DNA of 64,000 bases, from positions 320,001 to 384,000 of the forward strand of contig CAXXHO010000005.1 of assembly GCA_963667725.2 (NCBI GenBank), given 5' to 3'. The notes under the pieces were generated by a model. It searched no databases, was not told the DNA's origin, and was given only the letters and a program-made list of their open reading frames with translations. Positions 48,754-58,195 of this stretch are shown piece by piece; position 1 is the stretch's first letter; every line of letters starts with the position of its first letter. A program made the translations under genes and the position numbers. Origin of the DNA: Treponemataceae bacterium. Its GTDB lineage: Bacteria > Spirochaetota > Spirochaetia > Treponematales > Rectinemataceae.

Positions 48754-49437
48754 CTATAGTATCTTCATGATATCTTTAAGGCGCCTAACTTCGTAGGTCG
48801 GCGCGATGTCCGTATTATTGACGGCTTCCGAAAGGTTCACCCAGCATGTGTCCATCCCGTAGTTCGCGCCGCCAGCGACGTCCGAACTCAGCGAATCGCC
48901 AACCATGATCATTCCGCTTTTGTCGTGGAAGCCGAGCGAGCTGCAGGCATAATCGAAAATGCCGGCGCTGGGCTTGCTGCTGCCGGCCTCCTCGGAGATG
49001 ACGATGCTTTCAAAGTAGCGCCGAATCGGCGAATTGTCGAACCTGGACCGCTGTACTTTTTTTATGCCGTTCGTGACAATAGCCAACCGGTACTTTCCCG
49101 CCAGATATTCGCACAGTTCCTCCGCGCCATCCAGGAGAAAGCCGCCCTTTCCCAGCCAGTCAAGATATGCATCGGAAAAAAGCCCTTCGTCGAGATATAC
49201 CCCTACCTTCTGGAACAGAAGCCTGAAGCGCTCAATCTTGAGCGTGGCCTGATCCGTCTCACCGCGCTCGAACTTCTTCCATAAACCTTTATTAATTTCG
49301 TCATAATCGCGAACGATGTCGCTCGTCGCTTCCAATCCGAACTGCTCGAAGGCGCCGGCGAGGGCAAAAGCCTCGGCCTTCCCAAAATCGAAAATGGTTT
49401 CGTCCGCATCCATGTATACAAGCTCGTACCGTTTCAA
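48754..49437 (-). CDS. yjjG: YjjG-family HAD pyrimidine 5'-nucleotidase
   Basis: DADETIFDF, TNG, KP...IF and MVGDSLSSD..G. Start trimmed to TTG 49437 after AAGGAAGG. Confidence 0.85.
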   Translation of the reverse strand: MKRYELVYMDADETIFDFGKAEAFALAGAFEQFGLEATSDIVRDYDEINKGLWKKFERGETDQATLKIERFRLLFQKVGVYLDEGLFSDAYLDWLGKGGFLLDGAEELCEYLAGKYRLAIVTNGIKKVQRSRFDNSPIRRYFESIVISEEAGSSKPSAGIFDYACSSLGFHDKSGMIMVGDSLSSDVAGGANYGMDTCWVNLSEAVNNTDIAPTYEVRRLKDIMKIL

Positions 49438-49502
49438 AGCGCCTTCCTTTTCCCAAGAAGCCATTCTACTTCAGAAAACACTGAATACAAATCCTTTCTT
49501 CG

Positions 49503-49531
49503 TTGACTTGCAAAGAATACAATTCTAGTAT
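49503..49531 (+). promoter_or_regulatory. Sigma70 promoter of the M20 gene
   Basis: TTGACT-17 nt-TAGTAT. The direct repeat GAATACAA occurs in the spacer and again upstream. Confidence 0.6.
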
Positions 49532-49589
49532 GGATTTCATGGTGATCCGTATCGATCACAGGAATAATTCAACAATAGGAGCGCAATCG

Positions 49590-50837
49590 ATGAGCCTCAA
49601 ACGTTCTCTCCTGATTTTCATCGCCCTGGTCAGCCTTCTGGCCGCCCCTGCCTTCGCCCAAGGCAAAGCGGGAATCGACGCGACAATAGCCGCCATAAGG
49701 CCGCAAGTGATTCAAATCGCCGATTATATCCATGAAAACCCCGAATCGGGCAACAAGGAATTCAAGGCTGTGGCGCTGCTCACGAAAACCCTGGCCGAAA
49801 ACGGCTTTGTCATCGAAATGCCGGTAGCCGGCCTCGAGACCGCTTTCGTCGCCACCTACAAGAACGCAGGCGGCGGCCCCGCCATTTCCTTCATGGCCGA
49901 ATATGACGCCCTCGACGGCCTCGGCCACGGCTGCGGCCACAATCTCATCGCGGCATCCTGCACGGGCGCCGCCATCGCGCTCTCCAAAAACCTGGGCGAC
50001 ATACCCGCCACCGTTATCGTCTTCGGCTGCCCCGCCGAGGAAACCACCAGCGGCAAAATCGCCATGGCCAACGCGGGACTCTTCGAAAGAGCCGATGTCG
50101 GCCTTCAGATGCACCCCGGTTCAAACACAGCAAACGTTGGAGCCTACACCCTGGCGCTCAACCTTGTCGATTTCACCTTCGACGGCAAGGCAAGCCATGC
50201 GGCCACCAGTCCCGAACTCGGCCGAAGCGCCCTGGATGGCGTCATGATGCTGTTCAACGGCATCGAATATCTCCGCGAACACGTCAGGCAGGACATCCGC
50301 ATCCAAGGCATCGTGACCAACGGCGGCCAGGCGGCCAACATCGTTCCCGAAAAAGCCGCCGCCCGCTACTATGTCCGCGGCTTGCAGCGCCCCTATCTCG
50401 ACAGCGTCGTCGAGAGAGTCTACGCGGTAGCCAAAGGCGCCGCTATGGCAACCGGCACCACCGTCACGATCTCCCCGATCAAACAGTACGACAACGTCGT
50501 CAACGTCTCTTCTTTCATGGACCTTATCCAGAATGAGAGCAAAGCCGCGGGCTTCGCCGAAATGCCGAAACCCGATTTCAACGGCGGCGCGGGCGGCTCG
50601 ACCGATTTCGGCACAGCCTCGTCGCGCATCCCTTGCGTCATGTTCTCGCTTCCCGTCTCCACTCAGCCGACAGCCGGACATTCAAGGGACATGGTCGCGG
50701 CCACCTTCTCCCCGATAGGCAGGGAATCAGCCGTCAAGGCTGCCGACATCATGGCCAAAGCCGGCTACGAACTCATCGTAAACCCTGCCCTTCTCGCCAA
50801 GATCAAGGCCGAATGGAAAATAGCCGCAGGCAAATGA
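49590..50837 (+). CDS. M20 amidohydrolase (AbgB/PM20D2-like) with Sec signal peptide
   Basis: HENPE, AEYDAL, GHGCGHN, PAEE, HP, G..SHAA..P..GRSALD and GSTDFG. Signal ends ...APAFA-Q. Confidence 0.9.
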   Translation: MSLKRSLLIFIALVSLLAAPAFAQGKAGIDATIAAIRPQVIQIADYIHENPESGNKEFKAVALLTKTLAENGFVIEMPVAGLETAFVATYKNAGGGPAISFMAEYDALDGLGHGCGHNLIAASCTGAAIALSKNLGDIPATVIVFGCPAEETTSGKIAMANAGLFERADVGLQMHPGSNTANVGAYTLALNLVDFTFDGKASHAATSPELGRSALDGVMMLFNGIEYLREHVRQDIRIQGIVTNGGQAANIVPEKAAARYYVRGLQRPYLDSVVERVYAVAKGAAMATGTTVTISPIKQYDNVVNVSSFMDLIQNESKAAGFAEMPKPDFNGGAGGSTDFGTASSRIPCVMFSLPVSTQPTAGHSRDMVAATFSPIGRESAVKAADIMAKAGYELIVNPALLAKIKAEWKIAAGK

Positions 50838-50902
50838 TAGGTCGATAGCAGAGAATCTGCCCGCGAACCTCCGCGAATGCCGCGAAGCGGATTCAGAAAA
50901 AG

Positions 50903-50945
50903 AAAAGGGACCGTCCCGGAATCACTTCCGGGACGGTCCCTTTTT
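50903..50945. terminator. Bidirectional intrinsic terminator
   Basis: AAAAGGGACCGTCCCGGAA-TCAC-TTCCGGGACGGTCCCTTTTT between convergent genes. Confidence 0.9.
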
Positions 50946-50982
50946 GTATCGCGGCGATTAGGCTCGATGCCCCGCCCTCTCC

Positions 50983-52719
50983 CTACATCTTCAAACCAGC
51001 CGAAAGATTCGCGTCCTTCGATTTGTTCGTCATGTAGACGATGGCGAAGACGACGAGGAGCAGCATCACCGACAAGGCACTGGCCTCGCCGAGCTGGCCG
51101 TCGGCTACCGCGCCGTAGATCTGAATAGGCACCGTTCTCGTCCTCGCCCCGTACAGGAGGATCGTCGTGCTCAATTCCTGCAGCAGCGTCGAGAACGTGA
51201 GAATCGATCCCGAGATGATGCCGGGAAGAATTAAGGGGACGCTCACGCGGCGAAATGTGTAAATCCAGTGCGCGCCGGCAATCGTGGAAGCTTCCTCAAG
51301 CGAAGGGTTGAGCTGAGTCAGGCTCGCCGCCACGGAACGGTAGACGTAGGGCGTCCGTCGCACCATGTAAGCGATGATGATGATGGTGTATGTCCCGCCG
51401 AGCGGTATGATGCTTTTGCCGCTGAACGCCGAAAGAAGGGCTACCGAGACGACCGTTCCCGGCAGGATGAAAGGCGCCATGACGGCCATGTCCAGGATGC
51501 CCGCTCCTATCGGTTTGCGCCTTTCGGTGATGTAGGCGACGATGCTTCCCAGGATCGCCGTCAGCAAGGTCGCGACAATGGAAAGATACAGCGAGTTCAG
51601 CAGCTCCTTCGGCGAATTTTTCGGAATTCTGCTGTAGTTGGCAAGCGTGAGACCTTCGGGGAGGAGCCCCTGCCATTTTTCGAAGAAGGACATGATTATG
51701 ATGACGATCTGCGGCGCCAGGGAAACCAGAAGGACGATGAAACAATAAAGAGCCGAGAGCGAGCGTACCACGGGATGCTCATTCTGCTTGATATCCACCC
51801 GCGAAGCGGAAATCGTCTCGTACTCATGCCGGCTCACCACGTATTTCTGGAACCAAAGCACGAGACCCGTGATGAGAACATTCACTACAGCTATCGAGGA
51901 CGCGCCGTTAAGGTCCCAGAAGCCATTCACCCTGAAATAGATAAGCGTCGGCAGGACGTACTGATCGCCGCCGATGATGGCCGGTATTCCGAAATTGCCT
52001 ATGGACCTGATGAAGACCAGAAGGGCGGCGGCCCCGATGCTGGGCAGCACGAGGGGAAAAGTGATTGTCCTCAGAATGCGCCAGCGGCTCGCGCCCATCA
52101 GCATCCCCGCGTCCTCCAGGAGAGCGTTGGCCGAGGAAAAGGCGCCGTGGCTGAGGAGGAACACGAAAGGATAGTACGTTAACGTCATGCAGAAAATCAT
52201 GCCGAACATGCCGTAGATCGGCGGCATTTCGATGCCCAGCGGCGAGAGCAGGATATTGATGTAATGTCTCACGAATCCCTGTCTTCCCAGAAGGATGATC
52301 CAGCTGAATGCGCCGATGAAGGAAGGCATAATCACCGGAAGGATGCCCAGCGAGAGCATGAGACGCTTGCCGGGGATTTTTACCCTCGCCACGAAATATC
52401 CCATCGGCACACCGACGAGCAGCGAGAGCGCCGTTACCGATATGCCCACTATGAACGAGTTCCGAAGGCTTTTCTGGTAGAGGGCGCTGGTGAGGAATTT
52501 CTCGAAACCGGAAAAGCCCAAGGCGCCCAGGTTGAACTTGTTGCCCGAACGCATGAAGGCGCGCAGCAAGGTGGTCACGAGAGGCCAGAAGAGAAAGACG
52601 CAGAGGAAGGCCATGGGAATGAGGAAGACCAGGTAGGGCGTCAGATCCTTCTGAAGAAATTTCTTCAGTCCCTTCGCCTCGCCTAGGGATATCGCTTTAT
52701 CCAGTTTTTGCCCTTTCAT
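50983..52719 (-). CDS. ABC permease, FbpB/AfuB type (two fused TMDs)
   Basis: Two EAA loops (LEDAG..MGA and LEEAS.IAGA), NFGIP and PGTV. Confidence 0.9.
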   Translation of the reverse strand: MKGQKLDKAISLGEAKGLKKFLQKDLTPYLVFLIPMAFLCVFLFWPLVTTLLRAFMRSGNKFNLGALGFSGFEKFLTSALYQKSLRNSFIVGISVTALSLLVGVPMGYFVARVKIPGKRLMLSLGILPVIMPSFIGAFSWIILLGRQGFVRHYINILLSPLGIEMPPIYGMFGMIFCMTLTYYPFVFLLSHGAFSSANALLEDAGMLMGASRWRILRTITFPLVLPSIGAAALLVFIRSIGNFGIPAIIGGDQYVLPTLIYFRVNGFWDLNGASSIAVVNVLITGLVLWFQKYVVSRHEYETISASRVDIKQNEHPVVRSLSALYCFIVLLVSLAPQIVIIIMSFFEKWQGLLPEGLTLANYSRIPKNSPKELLNSLYLSIVATLLTAILGSIVAYITERRKPIGAGILDMAVMAPFILPGTVVSVALLSAFSGKSIIPLGGTYTIIIIAYMVRRTPYVYRSVAASLTQLNPSLEEASTIAGAHWIYTFRRVSVPLILPGIISGSILTFSTLLQELSTTILLYGARTRTVPIQIYGAVADGQLGEASALSVMLLLVVFAIVYMTNKSKDANLSAGLKM

Positions 52720-53843
52720 TCGCTCTTTCCTTCCTCGGGCAGATAAAGCGAGGCCAGCCCATCCTTGATGGTCACGAAAACATGGTCGCCCTCGGCGATC
52801 CCCTGCACCAGGCCTGGCATGTCCACCTCGAAGGACTGCGCCGAAATCGCGCTGTCGACACTTACCTCATAGCGGACGAACTGACCCAGATGCTGGATGA
52901 TATTGACCTTTCCGTCGACGGCGCCTTCGCTCCTTGCCGTGTTTATGGACAACTGCTCGGGCCGCGCTCCCAGCAGGACAGGAGTCCCTATGGCGACAGC
53001 GGCGGGCAGATGGTTGCGGGGTTCGGAAACCTTAACCTCGCCGCCGCCTACAAGCCTAGCCCTCGCGGCTCCCCTCTCCCGCGCGGTCATGCTGGCGTTG
53101 AGGAAGTTCATCTTGCCGATGAAATTCGCCACGAAGGCGCTGTTCGGCCTGTTGTAGAGCTCGTCGGACGTGCCGATCTGCTCGACGATGCCCTTGCGCA
53201 TGACGGCAAGCCTGTCCCCGACGGCCATCGCCTCTTCCTGGTCATGCGTCACGAAAATCGTGGTGATGTGCGTGGCTTTCTGGATGCGTCGAATCTCGGC
53301 GCGCATATAGCGGCGGAGCTTGGCGTCCAGATTGGCGAGCGGCTCGTCCAGGAGGAGGAGGTCAGGATCGTAGACAAGGGCGCGGGCGATCGCCACGCGC
53401 TGCTGCTGTCCGCCCGAGAGGCCGGAAGGGCTCGGATTCCTTCTCAGCTCGTCCATCAGTCCCACGAGTTCCATCACCTCGGTCACCTTCCGCTTGACTT
53501 CGGCTTCGGGCGTCTTGCGGACGCGTAGACCGTAGGCGACATTCTCGAAGATGTTCATGTGCGGATAAAGCGCGAAACTCTGGAACACCATGCCGATATT
53601 CCGCCTGAAGGGCGGTATCGTGGTCATGTCCTTCCCGCCATAAAAAATATGTCCGCTTGAGATCGACTCGAGCCCGGCGGTACTCCTGAGCAAGGTCGTC
53701 TTTCCGCAACCGGAAGGCCCGAGAAGGCAGAACAATTCGCCCGGCTGGATCGTGAAGGAAACCTCGCGCAACGCTTTGACGGGATTCTTCCCCTTCGCGC
53801 CGAAAATCTTGGTGACATCGCGGTAATTAAGATCGAGACTCAT
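52716..53843 (-). CDS. ABC ATPase, FbpC/PotA type with TOBE domain
   Basis: GPSGCGKTT, LSGGQQQR, LDEP and VTHDQEEA. Confidence 0.93.
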   Translation of the reverse strand: MSLDLNYRDVTKIFGAKGKNPVKALREVSFTIQPGELFCLLGPSGCGKTTLLRSTAGLESISSGHIFYGGKDMTTIPPFRRNIGMVFQSFALYPHMNIFENVAYGLRVRKTPEAEVKRKVTEVMELVGLMDELRRNPSPSGLSGGQQQRVAIARALVYDPDLLLLDEPLANLDAKLRRYMRAEIRRIQKATHITTIFVTHDQEEAMAVGDRLAVMRKGIVEQIGTSDELYNRPNSAFVANFIGKMNFLNASMTARERGAARARLVGGGEVKVSEPRNHLPAAVAIGTPVLLGARPEQLSINTARSEGAVDGKVNIIQHLGQFVRYEVSVDSAISAQSFEVDMPGLVQGIAEGDHVFVTIKDGLASLYLPEEGKSE

Positions 53844-53922
53844 ACATTTCCTCTTGGGAGTGGTGTCGTATAAACAGGCATTGGGATTTCACGATACGCG
53901 GGCGCTGTATCCCCAGTCAGAA

Positions 53923-53957
53923 GAATCCATGCCGCCCAAGCGGGACGGCATGGATTC
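53923..53957. other. Intercistronic stem-loop after the SBP gene
   Basis: GAATCCATGCCG / CGGCATGGATTC, a 12-bp stem. Confidence 0.6.
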
Positions 53958-53984
53958 CCCTCATTCGGAAAAAATTCTAACCGT

Positions 53985-54965
53985 TCAATTCATCCAATCG
54001 GAGAATTTGCCGCTGAGCTCTTCGCGGATCTTGGCAGCTTCGATCGCATCGTAGGGAATGAGCTTGATGTCGCCGAGGGCGGGAAGATACTTGGGACCGG
54101 GCAGATCGGTTACGACGACGCGGCGGTTCCTCGTACTCAGAATGAGTTTGTAGGCATCCTTGGAAGTGATGAAGTCCATCCACAGCTCGGCGTTTTTCGG
54201 ATTCGGGCCGTTGGCGATGATGCCGGACGCGTCGAAACGAGCGCCAGTTCCGTCCTTCGGATAGATGCAGACGACGGGAGCTCCCTCGCCGATATACTTG
54301 GCGACGTTGCCTTCGCCGGTCGCCGTGATGGCGTACTCGCCCCTCGCTACGGACTCGGGACCGACCGTGGAGCTGGAGGTGAAGGTGCATGCCTTGGCGA
54401 GCTTCTTCACGAAATCCTCGCCGTATAATTTATACATCATATAAAGCTGGGCATATGCCGAACCGGAAAGCGCGGGGTTGGCCATGATGATCTCGCCCTT
54501 GTATTTGGGATTGATCAGATCGGACCATGACTGGGGATAATCGGCTGGCTTCAGGAGCTTGGTGTTGACGATGAAAGCCTGGAGGGGCATGGAGAATCCG
54601 TAGTACTTGGGAACGGCGGCAGCGTCTTTCACGTCGGCGCCCAGATAATTGTGGTTTACGGATTTGTAGGCGCGGAAGAGGTCGTAGGCGCCGTCGAAGG
54701 ATTCCTTCGCGATGCCGAGGAGGATGTCTCCCTGCGGCTTCGGCTGTTCGGCGTTGAGGCGGGTTAGGAGCTCGCCGGAACCTGCCCTTATCACGCTTAC
54801 CTTAATATCCGGATGTTTCTCATTGAACTTGGCGACGAGGGCCTGGGCTTCATCCTCGGCCGCGGCGCTCCAGATGATGAGGCCCTTCGTCTCCTTGGAC
54901 GCCTGGGCGAATGCGGTGCCGGACACCAATGCGACGATCAAAAGTGCCATGATTAGCTTTTTCAA
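53985..54965 (-). CDS. ABC substrate-binding protein, FbpA/AfuA-like (Fe3+, sugar-phosphate or phosphonate class)
   Basis: Signal peptide from TTG 54965 after GGAGG; GSGEL..RL.AE..P.GD, PQSWSDL..P.YKG, NPALSGS and YPKDG. Confidence 0.85.
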   Translation of the reverse strand: MKKLIMALLIVALVSGTAFAQASKETKGLIIWSAAAEDEAQALVAKFNEKHPDIKVSVIRAGSGELLTRLNAEQPKPQGDILLGIAKESFDGAYDLFRAYKSVNHNYLGADVKDAAAVPKYYGFSMPLQAFIVNTKLLKPADYPQSWSDLINPKYKGEIIMANPALSGSAYAQLYMMYKLYGEDFVKKLAKACTFTSSSTVGPESVARGEYAITATGEGNVAKYIGEGAPVVCIYPKDGTGARFDASGIIANGPNPKNAELWMDFITSKDAYKLILSTRNRRVVVTDLPGPKYLPALGDIKLIPYDAIEAAKIREELSGKFSDWMN

Positions 54966-55022
54966 AAATTGCCTCCTTTTGGATCGGCGATTACATAATC
55001 CGAACCGCTCCAATGTTCGCAA

Positions 55023-55051
55023 ATTGTACCATGGGTCCCACCATAAGGCAA
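55023..55051 (-). promoter_or_regulatory. Sigma70 promoter of the second ABC operon
   Basis: Minus strand TTGCCT-17 nt-TACAAT with a TGn extension. Confidence 0.65.
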
Positions 55052-55113
55052 TAAAAAATAAAAAAAGGAAAAGAAAAACAAAGATGCTTTCCCTTGCCGC
55101 CAATGCCCCGCCC

Positions 55114-56037
55114 TCAGCGCCCCGCCATCATCTGCCGCAGCAGACGATCGTTGCGAAGCGGTTCTTCCAGCAACTCCAGCACCATGTTGGCCCTGGAGCC
55201 GGCGAGAATGTCCAAAACCGCCCCAATAGGGAATCCATTCTTGTCGATGCTTTGATGATCGTCTTTGAAACGTCCAGGCCCCGAGGAGTTGCTGTGCAGA
55301 TGGCAGGTGAACACCTTCCCCGTAGAGACGATCTCCCTGATCCCATCCAGATAATCGAATCCGTACACAAAAGAACAGATGTAGAGATGTCCAACGTCCA
55401 GGCAGACGCCCAGATTGGGATGGAGCTTCGTGAGCGCCACCATCTCGTCGGGCGTATGGAAAAGATAGCCCACGCGCGGGTTGAGATTCTCGGCCGCCAC
55501 GCGGACCCCGAACTCATCGTATATGCCGGCCAGTTCAATCAGGTTCTCCTTAGTCCTGGCCGCGAAGCGCAGGTAGGACTCCTTGCTGTTGTAATCGGGG
55601 CCGCAGATGGAACCGTCCTTGAAGCGAACGTCGGCGCGGAACTCCTCCCTGCCGAGAAGCTCGCTTCGGAGCCTAAAGGCGCTGGGCATCCCGCTGTCCG
55701 TGGCGTACCCGGCGTGAAGCACCACGACGGAAGCGCCGAAACGACGCGCCGTCTCCAGCGTGTCCCGCATATCCCGGAAACTTCTCGCGATCACCCGGGA
55801 ATCGGCACTCGCGAAGTTGGGGAAAAACTCGGTAGCCGGACAGCAGGCATGGATTGAAAGAACCTTCCCCGCTATGAGCGGTTCGAGCTCGTCCAGGAAC
55901 TCCGCCGACATCGTATAACCCAGCTCGAACCTTCCCTCATCGCCCGCCTGGTCAAGATAGGCGCTCACCTCACCGACGTCTTTCATGTCGACCAAAGAAA
56001 TCGCCATGGCGGCCTTCCCGTCTGCATGCATCATCAT
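55114..56037 (-). CDS. Sugar phosphate isomerase/epimerase family TIM barrel (AP endonuclease 2 fold)
   Basis: SIHA, VVLHAG, AAEN, CLDVGH, HLH...DDH and VLE metal-site motifs. Exact start uncertain. Confidence 0.8.
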   Translation of the reverse strand: MMMHADGKAAMAISLVDMKDVGEVSAYLDQAGDEGRFELGYTMSAEFLDELEPLIAGKVLSIHACCPATEFFPNFASADSRVIARSFRDMRDTLETARRFGASVVVLHAGYATDSGMPSAFRLRSELLGREEFRADVRFKDGSICGPDYNSKESYLRFAARTKENLIELAGIYDEFGVRVAAENLNPRVGYLFHTPDEMVALTKLHPNLGVCLDVGHLYICSFVYGFDYLDGIREIVSTGKVFTCHLHSNSSGPGRFKDDHQSIDKNGFPIGAVLDILAGSRANMVLELLEEPLRNDRLLRQMMAGR

Positions 56038-56044
56038 TCTCCCA

Positions 56045-56809
56045 TCACTCCGTCATCACCTGAACGCCCCGGGCTTCCAATGCCGCCCTTGTGTCGGGAT
56101 CTATCGCGTCCGTGATCAGAATATCTATCGAATCCCATCCGCACACCTTCGCCAGCGCCATCTTGCCGAACTTTGTCGAATCGACGAGAAGGCAGACCTT
56201 CGAGACGGCGCGGATCATCGCCTGCTTCGTGTCCGCCTCTATCAGATTGGTGCAGGTTATCCCATGCTCGAGCGAGACGCCGGCCGCCCCGAGAAAAAGA
56301 ATGTCGGCGTGGATCTGCTCAAAACTGTGCCGCGCGTGCGCGCCTATGAAGGACATGGATGGCCTTCTGAGAACGCCGCCGGAGACGATGAGCTCCACCT
56401 GCTCCACGCCCATCAGTTCCTGGACAACCAAAGCCGAGTTGGTGATGACCGTCAGGGGCCTTTCCGCCACATATTGGGCGAGATGCACGGTCGTGCTTCC
56501 GCTGTCGATGATGAGGCTGTGGCTCGATCCCGCCAGCCTGGAAGCTATCATGCAGATTTTCTTCTTCTTGTCGCTGTTCTCGTTTATCGTGTTGCGGATC
56601 TGCCTTACAAAATCGTGTTTTTCCGCCAGCACGGCCCCCCCGTGAGTACGCACGAGCAGCCCCTTCGACTCCAGATCGTCCAGATCGTTCCGGGCAGTCA
56701 CCTTCGAAATCGAAAAAAGCCGGGTAAGCTCAATCACTTCGACGGACTCCTTGGCATTGAGGAGTTCCACGATTCGCCGTTTGCGTTCTATGGAATTCAT
56801 CTGGCTCAT
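56045..56809 (-). CDS. DeoR/GlpR family transcriptional regulator
   Basis: ISKVTARNDL..LE..G...RTHGGA, IDSGST, VITN and DSTKFG. Confidence 0.93.
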   Translation of the reverse strand: MSQMNSIERKRRIVELLNAKESVEVIELTRLFSISKVTARNDLDDLESKGLLVRTHGGAVLAEKHDFVRQIRNTINENSDKKKKICMIASRLAGSSHSLIIDSGSTTVHLAQYVAERPLTVITNSALVVQELMGVEQVELIVSGGVLRRPSMSFIGAHARHSFEQIHADILFLGAAGVSLEHGITCTNLIEADTKQAMIRAVSKVCLLVDSTKFGKMALAKVCGWDSIDILITDAIDPDTRAALEARGVQVMTE

Positions 56810-56896
56810 CCCCCGAGAAGGTTTTCTTTTTCTTTCCTTTCCCTTCTTTTTGACTATATCATGGGGAGAATGAGTCGGATATATGGGAAACGCCAT

Positions 56897-58195
56897 TTAT
56901 CGTGCTAACGAGTCCAGCTCCGTGAATACCTTTCTGAAGGCATCGATATAGGGATCGATCAGCCTATGGTCGTCATGCTTGAACCAAGGCACGCTGAAAG
57001 AACGATCGGCCACCCTCTCGGCCTTCGGACAGGAACCGCGCCCCTGCCTCACATCCCGATCCGTAAAACTGATCATCGTCGGCTTGCCCAGTCCGAAAAA
57101 ATCCAGGTCGTTGAATACGGGATGCAGGTGCAGCGGGCCGTTCTTGATGGTGGAGCAGACCTTCACCCCTTCGGCGCGCAAAGCCAGGCATACCTTGCCC
57201 AGGAATTTCTCGGGGAAACTCGAATAATCGAAAAGCCCCTGCGGATAATACCAGCCTCCCATATATGAGCCATCGGCGCGCGAAATCCTGTGCGCGGCGA
57301 GGTGAGGGACGTCGGCCAGCGAATCCCAGAAATATTCCATGGCCTTGTTGATCTCGGCTATGCGCTGGTCGTAATACTTGAGCTGAACCCTTCCCACGGC
57401 GCTGCTCATCTGGTGCATGCGCTGCTTGCACCCGCCGGCGGGGATACCGGCGAACTTCTGCAGCGCGGGGTCGGTGAGTTGGTTGTCCGGGTTGAAGAAT
57501 TCGGAGCCACCGCCCGTCCTTTCATAGAAACCGAAGGAGATGCAGCGCTCGTAGATGACTCTGTCGTTCGTGAATACCATGCCGGCTTCGCCGATCGCGA
57601 AACTTTTCGCCGTCATCAGGCTCATTATAGACACATCGCCCAAGGTACCGCATTTGCGACCCTTGTAGAGACTGCCCTGCGCGTGCGACGCGTCCTCGAT
57701 CACCTTCAGCCCGTGCTTTCGCGCTATCGGCAGGATCTTGTCCATGTCGCAGGGATGCGCCGCGTAATGCACGACGACAATGGCCTTCGTCCGCGGCCCT
57801 ATCCTGCGCTCGATGTCGTCGGGATCTATGCAGAGCGTCGTCTCGTCGATATCCGCGAAATTTACCGCCGCCCCGAAAGTCAGCGCCGGCGCGGCGCTCG
57901 CCCAATACGTCATGGCGGGACAAATCACTTCGTCGCCGGCGCCTATGCCGCATGCCCACATAGCTGCCTGTATTCCCGCCGTCCCGTTGCAGTAGCCGAG
58001 GGCATACTTCATTCCAAGCCAGGCGGCCATTTCCTTCTCGAACTTCTTCGTGATCTCGGTGCCGCTCATGCTGCGCTCGTGGAGCACGGAGAGGACTGCC
58101 TGCTCGTCTTCTTCGGTGATTATCGGCCAGAGAAACAGATCCTTGGATTCTTCCTGGATAGTCGGTTTCCCGCCGTTCAATGCTAATGTTGACAT
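56897..58195 (-). CDS. DegT/DnrJ/EryC1/StrS family PLP aminotransferase
   Basis: NGTA, GAGDEVI.P, FADID, TKAIVVVH, VIEDASHAQG, and PLP lysine in SLMTAKSFAIGEAG. GAGGAGG RBS. Confidence 0.92.
   Translation of the reverse strand: MSTLALNGGKPTIQEESKDLFLWPIITEEDEQAVLSVLHERSMSGTEITKKFEKEMAAWLGMKYALGYCNGTAGIQAAMWACGIGAGDEVICPAMTYWASAAPALTFGAAVNFADIDETTLCIDPDDIERRIGPRTKAIVVVHYAAHPCDMDKILPIARKHGLKVIEDASHAQGSLYKGRKCGTLGDVSIMSLMTAKSFAIGEAGMVFTNDRVIYERCISFGFYERTGGGSEFFNPDNQLTDPALQKFAGIPAGGCKQRMHQMSSAVGRVQLKYYDQRIAEINKAMEYFWDSLADVPHLAAHRISRADGSYMGGWYYPQGLFDYSSFPEKFLGKVCLALRAEGVKVCSTIKNGPLHLHPVFNDLDFFGLGKPTMISFTDRDVRQGRGSCPKAERVADRSFSVPWFKHDDHRLIDPYIDAFRKVFTELDSLAR

Noticed and set aside
50859..50887. 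Three CCGCGAA repeats; general search for CRISPR-like arrays
   Set aside because: Too short, with no spacers or cas genes. No regularly spaced repeat array was seen anywhere in the window.
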